DNA of 64,000 nt from Nostoc sp. DedSLP01 (GCA_034530875.2 JAVRCJ020000011.1:32001-96000); one strand, 5' to 3'. Positions 29,476 through 41,467 are shown, counted from the first letter of the stretch. Made by a program: numbers and translations. The notes: a model not told the origin generated them from the letters alone.

Positions 29476-30534
29476 ATGTACAAAACGCAAGCTTATTCCG
29501 CGGCCAGTGCAACATCACTGCTGTCCTCTACCAAAATCGAGCGTCGCGATCCTACAGAAAACGACGTGCAGATTGAGATCCTCTTCTGCGGTATCTGCCA
29601 CTCCGACCTCCATTCAGTACGTAACGAGTGGAGCAGTTTCATGTCAACTGTTTACCCGATTGTCCCCGGTCATGAGATCGTGGGTCGTGTCACCGAGGTC
29701 GGCTCGGCAGTTACCAAGTATAAGCCCGGGGATCTCGTGGGGGTCGGCTGTATGGTCGATTCGGATGGAACCTGCCCGCAGTGTAAAGCTGGCTTTGAGC
29801 AGTTCTGCCCTTCCATGACCCTCACCTACAACTCCCCGGATAAGCACCTTGGAGGCGTTACCTATGGTGGATACTCCAATAGCATTGTCGTTGATGAACG
29901 CTTCGTTTTGCGCGTTCCCTCTAACCTCGATCTTGCTGGGGTTGCGCCACTCCTTTGTGCTGGAATCACAACATACTCGCCCATGCGCCACTGGGGTGTT
30001 ACTAAGGATAAGAAGGTTGGCGTAGTTGGTCTCGGTGGGCTGGGTCACATGGGTGTGAAGTTCGCCCGTGCCTTCGGAGCCTACGTTGTCGTCTTTACCA
30101 CCTCACCCGACAAAAAGGAAGACGCGCTGCGTTTGGGTGCCGATGAAGTGGTCGTCTCCCGTAATGCTGACGAGATGGACAAGCACGCTGGCAGTTTCGA
30201 CTTCATCCTCGACACCGTATCCGCCAATCACGACATCAATGCCTATCTCAACCTGCTGAAACGCGACGGCAACATCACCCTTGTTGGCGCGCCTCCAAAG
30301 CCGCTGGACATTGCGGCATTCAGCCTCATCGTAGCCCGCCGCAGTCTCTCCGGCTCTACCATTGGCGGTATTGCCGAAACCCAGGAGATGCTCGACTTTT
30401 GCGGCAAGCACAACATCACCGCTGATGTCGAAGTCATCCCCATTCAGCAGGTCAACGAAGCTTACGAGCGACTGCTCAACTCCGATGTGAAGTACCGCTT
30501 TTGTATCGATATGGCATCACTTAAATCTGAATAA
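29476..30534 (+). CDS. Zn-dependent NADPH alcohol dehydrogenase (CAD/YahK-like)
   Basis: CGICHSD, GHEIVG, LLCAGITTY, GLGGLG and YRFCID. Confidence 0.95.
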   Translation: MYKTQAYSAASATSLLSSTKIERRDPTENDVQIEILFCGICHSDLHSVRNEWSSFMSTVYPIVPGHEIVGRVTEVGSAVTKYKPGDLVGVGCMVDSDGTCPQCKAGFEQFCPSMTLTYNSPDKHLGGVTYGGYSNSIVVDERFVLRVPSNLDLAGVAPLLCAGITTYSPMRHWGVTKDKKVGVVGLGGLGHMGVKFARAFGAYVVVFTTSPDKKEDALRLGADEVVVSRNADEMDKHAGSFDFILDTVSANHDINAYLNLLKRDGNITLVGAPPKPLDIAAFSLIVARRSLSGSTIGGIAETQEMLDFCGKHNITADVEVIPIQQVNEAYERLLNSDVKYRFCIDMASLKSE

Positions 30535-31569
<1,035 letters not shown>

Positions 31570-31760
31570 GGGTCGATTGCAGTTTCTGGGCTTGGCATAA
31601 CCGCCCCTTAGGCCAGGCCCAGCTAAGGCCACTACATCCCAGACTGGATATAAAATTTCAGCAACATCCACAATAATAGTTGAGGCGGTTTTCCAATCGT
31701 CTCATTAAAAATACCCATGCTTGAAAGTCAGCGTCTATCATTAATAAAAAAATTATTGAT

Positions 31761-33587
31761 ATGAATGCTGAAGATTTTTTCAACCAAGGATTAAACAAAT
31801 ATTTGCAAGGGCAATATCAAGCAGCTATTACAGCTTATACCCAAGCAATCAACCTCAATCCTAATTACGCCGAGGCCTACCATAATCGAGGAATTATTTC
31901 AAGTTTTCAACACAAAGATTATCATAGCGCGATCGCCAATTTCAATCGCGCCGTAGAAATCAACCCCAATTTTGCCACAGCCTACTATCACCGCGCTAAT
32001 GCACGCTACTTTTTAGAAGATTACGAACAAGCGATCGCCGACCATAACCAAGCATTAGCAATCGACTCCAATCTCGCCCAATCTTACCACAGCCGCGGCA
32101 ATGCCTATTTTGCTTTAGGAGACTACGACAAAGCGATCGCCGATTATATTCAAACCATCGAAATCAGCGCCCAATTAGCTGATAACATCAATATTGATAT
32201 CGCCAATGCCTATCATAATCGCGGTGTCGCTCGTTTCGATCGCGGCGATTCTCAAGGAGCGATCGCAGATTTTCAGGAAGCTTTACAGTGGTATCCTCGT
32301 TTTGCCGCAGCTTATAGCAATCGCGGTAACATTCACCAACTCTTAGGAAATTATCACGAAGCGATCGCCGATCACGACCGGGCATTAGAATTAGATCCTA
32401 ACTTGGCAGAGGCTTATCATAACCGGGGTAATGCCTACTACGCTCTGGCAGACTATGAAAGTGCGATCGCAGATTATAACCACGCTTTAAAAATTAACCC
32501 CAACTTTGCCAGCGCTTATTACAATCGGGGTTTGGTTCTGTCTCACCTCAAAAATTATCCCGCCGCAATTGAGGATTTTAACCAAGCACTCAAACTCAAC
32601 CCTGATGATGTGCAAGCTTATTGCGAACGCGGCCTTGTACGTAGCGCTCTTGAAGATTATAAAGGTGCAATTGAAGATTACGACCGAGCCTTGCAAGAAA
32701 ATCCGACTCTAGCTTTAGTATACGGCTTTCGGGCTAATGCTTTGCGGCGACTGGGAGATTATCAAAGTGCAATTGAAGATGGCAATCGCTTATTACAACT
32801 CAATCCTAATTTAGCTGAAGGATATTGCGATCGCGCTGCGGCTCGTCGTTCCATTGGAGATAATAAAGGAGCGATTAAAGATTATGACCGGGCATTGCAA
32901 ATTAATCCTAACTTAGCCTCAGCTTATTATGGTCGCGGTATTGCCCGCGAAGCTTTGCAAGATTTCCCAGGAGCAATTGAGGATCACACAATAGCTATAA
33001 AGTTGATGCCTGACTTTTCCCAAGCTTACTGCAATCGAGGCAATGCTCGTCGTCTGTTAGGAGATGAGGGCAAAGCCATTGCAGACTATAACAAAGCATT
33101 AGAAATCAATCCCGATTTAATCGAAGCCTATTATAATCGCGCTTCTACTCACTATGCCTTAGAAGAATATGAAAGTGCGATCGCAGATTACACCCAAGCT
33201 TTGCAAATCAATCCTCAATCGGCTGCATTTTACAGCGATCGGGCTAATGCTCGCTACGCCATAGAAGACTATCGTGGTGCGATAAAAGATTACACTCAGG
33301 CAATTGCCATCGACTCTAGCTTTGCTGAAGACTGGTACAATCGCGGGCGTAGCTATTCTTTATTACAAGATTTCAACTTAGCCTTAGCAGACTTAAATGA
33401 AGCCCTAAAGCGTCAACCTCATTGGGCTTCAGCTTACATTCTGCGAGCAGATGTGTATCGAAATTTGGGCGATTATAAAAAAGCGATCGCTGATTTTAAA
33501 AAATCCGCAGACTTATATTATCAAGAAGGAAATATCGAGTATTATCAACAAATTGTTCAGCTCGTTGAAGAACTTCAACAACAATAG
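31761..33587 (+). CDS. All-TPR protein (about 17 repeats)
   Basis: Repeated AYxNRG...AIADYxxALxLNP 34-aa units; no catalytic domain visible. Confidence 0.95.
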   Translation: MNAEDFFNQGLNKYLQGQYQAAITAYTQAINLNPNYAEAYHNRGIISSFQHKDYHSAIANFNRAVEINPNFATAYYHRANARYFLEDYEQAIADHNQALAIDSNLAQSYHSRGNAYFALGDYDKAIADYIQTIEISAQLADNINIDIANAYHNRGVARFDRGDSQGAIADFQEALQWYPRFAAAYSNRGNIHQLLGNYHEAIADHDRALELDPNLAEAYHNRGNAYYALADYESAIADYNHALKINPNFASAYYNRGLVLSHLKNYPAAIEDFNQALKLNPDDVQAYCERGLVRSALEDYKGAIEDYDRALQENPTLALVYGFRANALRRLGDYQSAIEDGNRLLQLNPNLAEGYCDRAAARRSIGDNKGAIKDYDRALQINPNLASAYYGRGIAREALQDFPGAIEDHTIAIKLMPDFSQAYCNRGNARRLLGDEGKAIADYNKALEINPDLIEAYYNRASTHYALEEYESAIADYTQALQINPQSAAFYSDRANARYAIEDYRGAIKDYTQAIAIDSSFAEDWYNRGRSYSLLQDFNLALADLNEALKRQPHWASAYILRADVYRNLGDYKKAIADFKKSADLYYQEGNIEYYQQIVQLVEELQQQ

Positions 33588-33612
33588 TGATTTGGGGTTA
33601 ATTGTATTTTAC

Positions 33613-33719
33613 GGCGTTGCTGAATTGCAGGATGAATACATGAGACGTTGCAATGCAACGTCTCTACAAGGATTTGGATATCATACACAATCGTTTTTAT
33701 ACATCAAATCAGCAACGCC
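33613..33719. mobile_element. MITE with 15-bp TIRs (14/15 match) and an internal palindrome
   Basis: GGCGTTGCTGAATTG ... CAAATCAGCAACGCC; internal GAGACGTTGCAATGCAACGTCTC. Confidence 0.8.
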
Positions 33720-33748
33720 TTAAATTTTTATTACCGATTTACTGATTT

Positions 33749-33858
33749 ATATCAAGTTCGGATGATTAGTTATGATTGCAGTCCTCGCATTACCCCTCCC
33801 CAACCCTCCCCTTGCTAAGGTGTTTCAGGATTTACAAGTAATTAAGCGAACTTGATAT
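33749..33858. mobile_element. MITE with 12-bp perfect TIRs
   Basis: ATATCAAGTTCG ... CGAACTTGATAT. Confidence 0.75.
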
Positions 33859-34425
33859 TATAGTGCTTTTCATCTATTTGAAGCACAATTTTCGATGGGG
33901 GCTTTACAGCTGTAAAGCCCCTACAACGCGGTCTATTTATCTGAAAATTGCTGTAAAATTTATACCGTTTAAAAAAATCTTTGCAATACATCAATAATCT
34001 CTAGGGGCACAAAGTTTTGCGCCCCTACGATAGGTCTGTCACATTCTTTTTGCAAATTGGTATTACTTTATCAATAGTCTATTCAATTAGTTATGTGAAG
34101 TTGCTAGTCATTCCAAGTATTAAATTTAACTAAATATAATTATTTTGATTTTTCAATTCTGGCTGCTGAATTCTTACAAAATTATCAGGATATCGGTTAC
34201 TTTCCAGTGAAGAATTAAAAATCGTAAGTGTCACTGATGAGTATTAGCGGCAGACAGTATGTATGTCATTTACTACTTAATAAACAGTTATATTAGCGAT
34301 TTTTTCGATTGCGTTAGCATATTTAAATATCAATTGTATATCAAACAAGACTTTAGACAAGTAAATTGCTAAAACAACTACGAGTATTTTGTATTTTAAC
34401 AGGATTTATTAATGCTTTTCATACT

Positions 34426-35133
34426 ATGAGAAATATCTTACAAAGAAACAATAGCCAGTTATCAAAAATCTTCCTCAAGATATATGATTTGTCAGAACAA
34501 GTTAAACAAATCCATTATTTTTTGCCAAAACAGCGTTTACAAATAGCAATTGAACAGTTAGGTAATAACACAATAGAAGGCACTATAGCTATAATTAACG
34601 AATTAGAGGAAATTGCCCATAATCATCCAGAGTACCACTGGGCGATCGCGAACATTCTGACTGATTTTATCCGCAGAAATGCTTCATACATACCCCAAGA
34701 AGTAATTAGCAACCCCTCAATCAAAGTTCGTGGAGACATCCAAGCAGCTCTCAACGTTATTGCTAGAAGAGATGTCAGCAAAGATCCAGAACACGAGCAG
34801 CTTGATTTGAGCCACACAAATATTAGTGGAGCCAACCTGAATAAAGCAAATCTACAACAGGCAAATCTTTATCAAGCTAATCTGACTGGAGCTAACCTCC
34901 AAGAAGCCAATTTAGAGGGAGCAATCCTCAGTGCAGCTAATTTAGAAGGAGCTAATTTATATTCGGCTAACCTGAAAGGTGCAATTCTTAGTGCCAGCAA
35001 CCTCCAAGGAGCAAATCTCCAAGGAGCGAACCTGCATCGAGCTAGCTTATATCTAGCTAACTTACAGGGAGTAATTCTCAATAATGCCATACTTGACGGC
35101 GCAAATTTTAGGGAAGCTAAGTTTTCTGAGTAA
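34426..35133 (+). CDS. Pentapeptide repeat protein, shorter paralogue of the downstream gene
   Basis: AIEQLG...LEEIA..HW...DIQAALNVIARR domain plus pentapeptide repeats; start is uncertain. Confidence 0.85.
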   Translation: MRNILQRNNSQLSKIFLKIYDLSEQVKQIHYFLPKQRLQIAIEQLGNNTIEGTIAIINELEEIAHNHPEYHWAIANILTDFIRRNASYIPQEVISNPSIKVRGDIQAALNVIARRDVSKDPEHEQLDLSHTNISGANLNKANLQQANLYQANLTGANLQEANLEGAILSAANLEGANLYSANLKGAILSASNLQGANLQGANLHRASLYLANLQGVILNNAILDGANFREAKFSE

Positions 35134-35336
35134 TTAGTAATTTATAATTCCTAATACTGGAAGCGGTTTGCTGATTTAGGGTGCATAGTTTATTGATGTC
35201 ACAATGTACTAGTATATCCAATGTCATTCTTTACCTAAATGATTCTAGCGACCATATTATGATTTTTTGCTAAATGCTATACTATTTTGTCCAAATAACT
35301 AAGTAATAATTCTCGGTTGTAAGGAAAATTTTTACC

Positions 35337-36812
35337 ATGTCTTCAAAAAAGACAGATGCTTTGTTGAATTGGTTGATAACTATAACAGTTATATTTGCTG
35401 GTTCTTTGATTGTAATTTTCATCGGATTGTCGAGTATTAAAGAATTGTCAGTTCAAGAGAAAATTCAGTATAGAAACCAAGCATTAACAACCACTGCAAT
35501 AGTTTTTCTGGCATCGGCAGCAATTTTTAATGCTTATTATGCAGCAAAGCGCGCCCAAGCTTTGCACAAAAATGCGATCGCAGCTGAGAAAAACTTAGAA
35601 ATAGACATGCAGAATACAAAACTCAATCAAGACAGATTGATTGCAGAACGCTTTATGGGAGCGATTGCTCAGTTGGGACATGAAAAAATTGAAACTCGCA
35701 CTGGTGCAATTTATGCATTAGAAAGAGTCGCTCAAGATTTCCCAAAAGAACACTGGACAATCATGGAAATCCTCACTGCTTTTGTGCGAGAAAATACACC
35801 AATCCAGCAAGTAAGAGGAGAGCAAAAAAATCTCGAATACTCACCAGCAATTTATTCAAGTAGGCGCAAAGGAGGGTCGCGTTCCCCACAACAGCCGCAT
35901 CCAACTTTTCATGAAGAAACAATAAAAATCCGTACTGACATTCAAGCAGCTTTAACTGTTATTGCTAGACGTAATTCACTCGAAGATCCCAAAAATCAAA
36001 AACTGGATTTACGTAATACTGACATCAGACGAGCAGACCTAGTAGGAGCTAACCTGCAACAAGCTGACTTCCGCGGAGCTGATTTGAGTGGCGCTGATTT
36101 GCGAGGAGCAGATTTATCCGAGGCTGATTTAAGTGGTGCTAGGCTGCTGCGATCTATTCTCTATGAAACCAAATTGCTCAAAGCTAGCTTGTGCGGAACC
36201 GATTTCGGTTGGGCTAACCTCAACCGCGCCAATCTCTCTGGTGCAAATCTGCGTTCAGCTAATCTCTCTGGCGCAAGTCTGCGTGCAGCAAATCTGCAAG
36301 GAACAAACCTTTATAAAGCTAACTTGCAACAAGCAACCTTAAAAATTGCCAACCTCTCAGGAGCGAAGTTGTTTTTAGCTAACTTGCAAGGAGCGAAACT
36401 CGGTAAAGCTAACCTGCATCTGACTGGTTTAATTGGTGCTAATCTTTCTGGGGCTAACTTGAATGGTGCTAACCTTTCTGGGGCTAATTTAAATGCAGCC
36501 AAACTCCAGCAAACAGAAGTTTATTTTGCCAATCTTTCAGAAGCCAGCTTAACTGAAGCAGACTTGTATCAAGCAAATCTCATCGGAGCCAACCTCCAAA
36601 GAGCTACCTTTTATCAAGCTAACTTAACTCAGGCTAATCTTATGGGAGCTAACTTTTCCCAAGCTAACCTGAGTGATGTGAAACTGGAAGGAACAATTTT
36701 GACAGGAGCGAAAAATTTAGAGTTGCAGCAGATTAAAAAAGCAGTTGGCGATCGCACTACTCGCCTACCCGATTATATGGAAGCACCGACCCATTGGCGA
36801 CAATCCGGCTAA
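35337..36812 (+). CDS. Membrane-anchored pentapeptide repeat protein
   Basis: Two N-terminal TM segments, RTGAIYALERVAQD..HW domain and a long pentapeptide array. Confidence 0.92.
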   Translation: MSSKKTDALLNWLITITVIFAGSLIVIFIGLSSIKELSVQEKIQYRNQALTTTAIVFLASAAIFNAYYAAKRAQALHKNAIAAEKNLEIDMQNTKLNQDRLIAERFMGAIAQLGHEKIETRTGAIYALERVAQDFPKEHWTIMEILTAFVRENTPIQQVRGEQKNLEYSPAIYSSRRKGGSRSPQQPHPTFHEETIKIRTDIQAALTVIARRNSLEDPKNQKLDLRNTDIRRADLVGANLQQADFRGADLSGADLRGADLSEADLSGARLLRSILYETKLLKASLCGTDFGWANLNRANLSGANLRSANLSGASLRAANLQGTNLYKANLQQATLKIANLSGAKLFLANLQGAKLGKANLHLTGLIGANLSGANLNGANLSGANLNAAKLQQTEVYFANLSEASLTEADLYQANLIGANLQRATFYQANLTQANLMGANFSQANLSDVKLEGTILTGAKNLELQQIKKAVGDRTTRLPDYMEAPTHWRQSG

Positions 36813-37042
36813 TACAATGCCTGGATTTTAAATTGGGAATCCCTTGTGCATCTTTTTTTGAGTCTATCTGTTGCGATCGTTTATCAAATTGGGATTACCT
36901 CAGCATCAATTAGTTATCAAGGCGCATTCTACCCATTCGCAATACTTTAAAATAAATAACTTTTTTCAACCAGTTAAAATATTAAAAATCTTCTGCATAT
37001 TTATTCCTCACAGGCTATTTATAAAGTAAAAAGAAAATTATT

Positions 37043-37199
37043 GTAGTGGACTGTTTCAGCTAAAATAGTGCATAAAATTTAGTATTAGTGTAGGTTGGGT
37101 TGAACGGAGTGAAACCCAACGTGGATCTTGGTGTTGGGTTTCGTTCCTCAACCCAACCTACAAATTTATTCCAACATTTTAGGTGTGTCAGTCCACTAC
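37043..37199. mobile_element. MITE containing a REP-like doublet
   Basis: TIRs GTAGTGGACTG / CAGTCCACTAC; internal GTAGGTTGGGTTGA...TCAACCCAACCTAC. Confidence 0.8.
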
Positions 37200-37235
37200 T
37201 TAACATTTACTTTATAAATGGTCTCTAAAGACGAA

Positions 37236-37646
37236 CTAATCAAGTTTAGAAAAAATGCGATCGCATACTCTCACTTTTGCTGGTAAATATCTGGGTAATG
37301 GATAAGTAATGAATACAGGGCTAATATGATGTTCCAGTTTGAGTTTTAGGTCATCCGTAATGGGTAATTCTTTAATTTCTTTAAGAAGAAAGCTCTCAGA
37401 TTCGGTTTTGCTACGCTCTGTATAGATAAGCTTGAGAACAGTTTCAATCCCAAATGCTGCTATGTATTCGCCTAGAATACCTACCAAGCCAAGCATTCCT
37501 AAACCTCCTAACAAGCCCAACGGCCCCCCCAACGATGAGAGAAAAGCAACAACGGCGGCGACATTACCCGCTGATGCAGAAGTTGCAATTACAAAAAGTA
37601 TGCCAGGAAGGCCTAAACCAGCAATTTTTTTGACGAGTTCATCCAT
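37236..37646 (-). CDS. Glycine-rich hypothetical membrane protein
   Basis: MDELVKKIAGLGLPG...LGGPLGLLGGLGMLG hydrophobic hairpin; lies downstream of relA/spoT. Confidence 0.75.
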   Translation of the reverse strand: MDELVKKIAGLGLPGILFVIATSASAGNVAAVVAFLSSLGGPLGLLGGLGMLGLVGILGEYIAAFGIETVLKLIYTERSKTESESFLLKEIKELPITDDLKLKLEHHISPVFITYPLPRYLPAKVRVCDRIFSKLD

Positions 37647-37762
37647 TGTACTTACTTACAATCCTGCGTGCGAAGAATGGCAATACTTGGATATCTGATA
37701 CTTTGACTGTACTTTTAAATGGTGCGTTACATTGAGTGAACGCACCCTAAGTATTCGGGCAC

Positions 37763-40030
37763 TTACTCGTCAATTTGACCAACGCGACGGATATTCAAAA
37801 TATCGCTCATTTTCTTAATTTGGATAAATACTTGCTCTAGTTGAGAGCGATCGCGTATATCTATTCCCAAATCCATTAATGCAGGTTGGCCGGTAGCAGT
37901 TTTGACTTGGGCATGGCGGACATTGATCCCCTGGTCGCTCAATCTCGATAAAATATCTTTTAATACTCCTACGCGATCGAGTGCTTCAATTTGAATCTCT
38001 ACGGGGTACGTCTGCGGACAACTATTTTCGCTTCCTGGGTTCCACTTAACTGGTACTAAGCGCTCATACTCGACATTTTCCAGATTATGGCAGCCTTGGC
38101 GATGAATTGAAATCCCCCTACCTCGCGTCACTACGCCAATAATTGCTTCGCCAGGAATCGGGGTACAACACCCAGCTAAATGATAAACCAAACCTTCTAC
38201 CCCAATAATCGGCGAATCTGTGGAGCGACAATTTGGAGGCGCATCTCGCAACGCTTTTGCTGTAGATGTTGATTCTTTGGGAAGAAATGGCAGTACAGTT
38301 GTCACTGGTTGTTGTGCCTTCACCACTTCTCGCCAACGATTCAGAACTAAATTCAACGTCACTTCACCGTAACCCAAACCAGCGAGTAAATCTTCGACGC
38401 TGTGATAGTTACACTTTTCGGTGACAATCTGCATCGCTTCTGACTTTAGCAAGCTATCAAAACCAGTTTTACCAAGTTCTTTTTCTAACAATTCTCGTCC
38501 GCGGGCGACATTTTCTTCCCGCCGCGATCGCTTGTACCATTGTTTAATTCGATATTTCGCTGCCGAAGTCCTGACAAAATTCAACCAATCTAAACTTGGG
38601 TGGCAGTGCTTTTGGGTGAGAATCTCCACAATATCGCCATTATGCAGCCGCGTTGACAGAGGCATCATGCGCCCATTCACTCGCGCCCCCGAACAGTGGT
38701 TACCTACTTCTGTGTGGATGCGATAAGCAAAGTCTATAGTAGTAGAGCCAGGACTTAACGGTACAACATCCCCCTTGGGGGTGAAGACATAAACATCATC
38801 TTCAAATAGATTATCTTTGACGCTATCAAGATATTCTTGGGCATCCTTAAGATCTGACTGCCATTCCAGCAGTTGCCGCAGCCAAGTAAACTTTTCATCC
38901 GTCGCTGTCAAATGGCTATTGCTAGAGCCTCCTGTTTCTTTATACTTCCAATGAGCAGCAATCCCATACTCAGCGACATGGTGCATTTGTATCGTCCGAA
39001 TTTGCACTTCCAAAGGACGACCAGTCAAACCAATGACTCCTGTATGCAAAGACTGATAACGGTTAGGTTTTGGCAGTCCAATATAATCTTTAAATCTGCC
39101 AGGAATTGGGCGAAAAGCATCATGAACCACTGCCAAGGCCCGATAACACTCTTCATTAGTTTGAACAATAATTCGCAGGGCTGCCAAATCGTAAATTTCG
39201 TGAAATTCCTTTTGCTGCCGCTGCATTTTTTGGTAAATACTATAAAGATGCTTGGGACGACCGCTGATCTCTTGGCAGTGAATTCCAGCTTGCTGCAAAC
39301 GATCCCGCAAAATTTCTGTAGCTTTGGCCAATTTCTCTTCTCGCGCCGTCCGTTTTTCGGAAACATGCTGCTGCATTTCCCGAAAAGCGTCCGGTTCCAA
39401 ATATTTAAAAGCTAAATCCTCTAATTCCCACTTAATTCGCCAGATCCCCAGACGATTGGCCAAAGGTGCAAATATATCTCGCGTTTCCTGGGCGCTGCGG
39501 CGGCGGCTGGCTTCGGACATGTATTGTAGAGTCTGCATATTATGCAAACGGTCTGCCAACTTCACCACAATCACTCGAATATCTTGCGCCATTGCCAAAA
39601 ACATCCTGCGGAAATTTTCCGCTTGGCTTTCGGTTTTGCTGGTGAAATTAATTTTAGAAAGCTTGGTGACACCTTCCACCAATAGGCGCACTTCCGGGCC
39701 AAAGCGTTCTTCGATTTCTTCAATTGTGACTTCTGTATCCTCAACTACATCATGAAGAAATCCAGCTGCTATCATAGCAGGACTACCTCCCAAGTCCCGC
39801 AGCAATCCGGCTACAGCAATGGGATGGGCAATGTATGGCTCTCCTGATTTGCGATATTGGCCGTGATGTAGTTGGTAAGCAAATTCAAACGCTCGACCAA
39901 TTAAAACTGCATCATTATGCTTTCGGTCATCTTCCGCTTGGCTGCTAGTTGTCGATGACTCCTTCAAACATTTCTTTAACCATTCCGGGATGGCAAGATC
40001 AACTGATGAATTAATAGCTATGCTGCTCAT
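37763..40030 (-). CDS. relA: Bifunctional (p)ppGpp synthetase/hydrolase (RelA/SpoT homologue)
   Basis: HD domain (HDVVEDT), synthetase (KPNRYQSLHT, EVQIRT), TGS (FAYRIHTEVG), zinc-finger and ACT (DRVGVL) domains. Confidence 0.97.
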   Translation of the reverse strand: MSSIAINSSVDLAIPEWLKKCLKESSTTSSQAEDDRKHNDAVLIGRAFEFAYQLHHGQYRKSGEPYIAHPIAVAGLLRDLGGSPAMIAAGFLHDVVEDTEVTIEEIEERFGPEVRLLVEGVTKLSKINFTSKTESQAENFRRMFLAMAQDIRVIVVKLADRLHNMQTLQYMSEASRRRSAQETRDIFAPLANRLGIWRIKWELEDLAFKYLEPDAFREMQQHVSEKRTAREEKLAKATEILRDRLQQAGIHCQEISGRPKHLYSIYQKMQRQQKEFHEIYDLAALRIIVQTNEECYRALAVVHDAFRPIPGRFKDYIGLPKPNRYQSLHTGVIGLTGRPLEVQIRTIQMHHVAEYGIAAHWKYKETGGSSNSHLTATDEKFTWLRQLLEWQSDLKDAQEYLDSVKDNLFEDDVYVFTPKGDVVPLSPGSTTIDFAYRIHTEVGNHCSGARVNGRMMPLSTRLHNGDIVEILTQKHCHPSLDWLNFVRTSAAKYRIKQWYKRSRREENVARGRELLEKELGKTGFDSLLKSEAMQIVTEKCNYHSVEDLLAGLGYGEVTLNLVLNRWREVVKAQQPVTTVLPFLPKESTSTAKALRDAPPNCRSTDSPIIGVEGLVYHLAGCCTPIPGEAIIGVVTRGRGISIHRQGCHNLENVEYERLVPVKWNPGSENSCPQTYPVEIQIEALDRVGVLKDILSRLSDQGINVRHAQVKTATGQPALMDLGIDIRDRSQLEQVFIQIKKMSDILNIRRVGQIDE

Positions 40031-40248
40031 ACAATTGGCTCTTAAGGGGATCGGTAGATAAGTGTGAAATAGACTAAACAGGCAGCATCACCCTGCGAAG
40101 ATGCTGTTGCCACTAGATAGGTGGAGATAAATGTGTCAGGATGATTTTCCAATTGACAATAGCGTAGCGTTAGCGACGCAGGAGCGTCTGGTAGTCATCC
40201 AGTGTGAGTTTCAAGAATCATAAACTTGAAAATCGGTTGAGTGCAAAC

Positions 40249-40276
40249 AAAGCCTCAAATACCGATTTGAGGCTTT
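40249..40276. promoter_or_regulatory. Perfect hairpin in the relA-patD divergent region
   Basis: AAAGCCTCAAAT-ACCG-ATTTGAGGCTTT; function unknown. Confidence 0.5.
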
Positions 40277-40354
40277 TAGTGCTGATAAGTGGTTAAGAAA
40301 GTTTATTGTAGAAGAAAAATTACTTGCCATTAATACTATCTTAACTAGCAGTCG

Positions 40355-40708
40355 ATGTCTTTAAACTCTGAAAAATATCAGGCACTCGTAACTTTACTAG
40401 AGCAATTACGTGCCGATGTCATAACTACCCAAATAGGTGCACCCGAACTGCGGCGGCGTGTAGCCTCGTTGCTGCAACTGTTTGGGAAGGAAATTGTGCC
40501 TTTGGCTGATGAACACTGGCGAGTCCAGTCTTATCAAACTGAGATGAGCAAGCAACTGCGCTTGTTGGAAATAGATGTCATGTTTTTCCAAGGAGCGCGG
40601 CAGGTATCTACGGTACAAACGAGACTGCAAACGATTGGCGATCGCTTGACAACTCTCATCCAATACTGTAACGCGATTTTGCAACCAGAAGCGGAGGGAG
40701 AAAAATAA
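40355..40708 (+). CDS. patD: Heterocyst frequency control protein PatD
   Basis: QSYQTEMSKQLRLLEIDVMFFQGARQ motif; divergent from relA/spoT, as recalled for Anabaena. Confidence 0.8.
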   Translation: MSLNSEKYQALVTLLEQLRADVITTQIGAPELRRRVASLLQLFGKEIVPLADEHWRVQSYQTEMSKQLRLLEIDVMFFQGARQVSTVQTRLQTIGDRLTTLIQYCNAILQPEAEGEK

Positions 40709-40882
40709 CAATTGTTCACCTTTTTCTCTAATTAATACATCATCTCATTTACAACGCTTTGTGAAAAGCTATTTTGGCAACAAGTTAGTTATTAGTCATT
40801 AGTCATTGGGCATTGTGCATTGGTCATTGGTCATTGGTCATTAGTTATTAATTATTCTCCTCTGCTTCCCCTGCCCCCTGCC

Positions 40883-41467
40883 CTATGCCCCATTCCCCAT
40901 TCCCTTCATGAGAAGATTCATCGTGCGGCGCATGTATGCTTCTACCGGCTCGCTTGTGGGTTTGAAAATTAGCGCATAATACAGGGATCCACTCACAAGG
41001 TCGATAATTAGGTCGATATCAGCGTCGTTGTGAATTTCTGCTCTACATTTGGCACGTTCAAGGATTTGAGCAAAGGCTTCACGGCGGAGTTTTGTATATT
41101 TTGTCCAGTAAACTTTGGCAAACTGAGGATTGCTAGATGCTGTGCTGATAATCAACGCTAGTGTCTGACGTCCCAAGGGACTATCTATTTTTTTAGCTGC
41201 ATTCTTGATGACGATATCCATGTCTCCCCAAAAGCTGCCTGTATCGGGGATCGCTAAATCGTCTCTCAGACTTTCGATCGCATCTGCAACTAATTCTTCT
41301 TTGGAAGTGTAACGCCGATAGATGGTGGTTTTACCAACTCCAGCACGAGCAGCGATCGCTTCTATACTCATGCTTTCATATCCCACCTCTGCAAGCAAGT
41401 CGAGGGTAGCTTGCAAAATAGCTCGATCGGCGTGAATGCTGCGCGGACGTCCAGAAGAAGTTGACAT
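40883..41467 (-). CDS. TetR/AcrR family regulator
   Basis: GRPRS...SIEAIAARAGVGKTTIYRRY helix-turn-helix. Confidence 0.95.
   Translation of the reverse strand: MSTSSGRPRSIHADRAILQATLDLLAEVGYESMSIEAIAARAGVGKTTIYRRYTSKEELVADAIESLRDDLAIPDTGSFWGDMDIVIKNAAKKIDSPLGRQTLALIISTASSNPQFAKVYWTKYTKLRREAFAQILERAKCRAEIHNDADIDLIIDLVSGSLYYALIFKPTSEPVEAYMRRTMNLLMKGMGNGA

Noticed and set aside
38118..39755. Antisense or alternate-frame ORFs inside relA (likewise inside ALDH, ADH, AKR, TPR and NRPS genes)
   Set aside because: They are shadows of well-supported genes with no independent evidence
40308..40323. NtcA site upstream of patD
   Set aside because: The spacing is GTA-N10-TAC rather than N8
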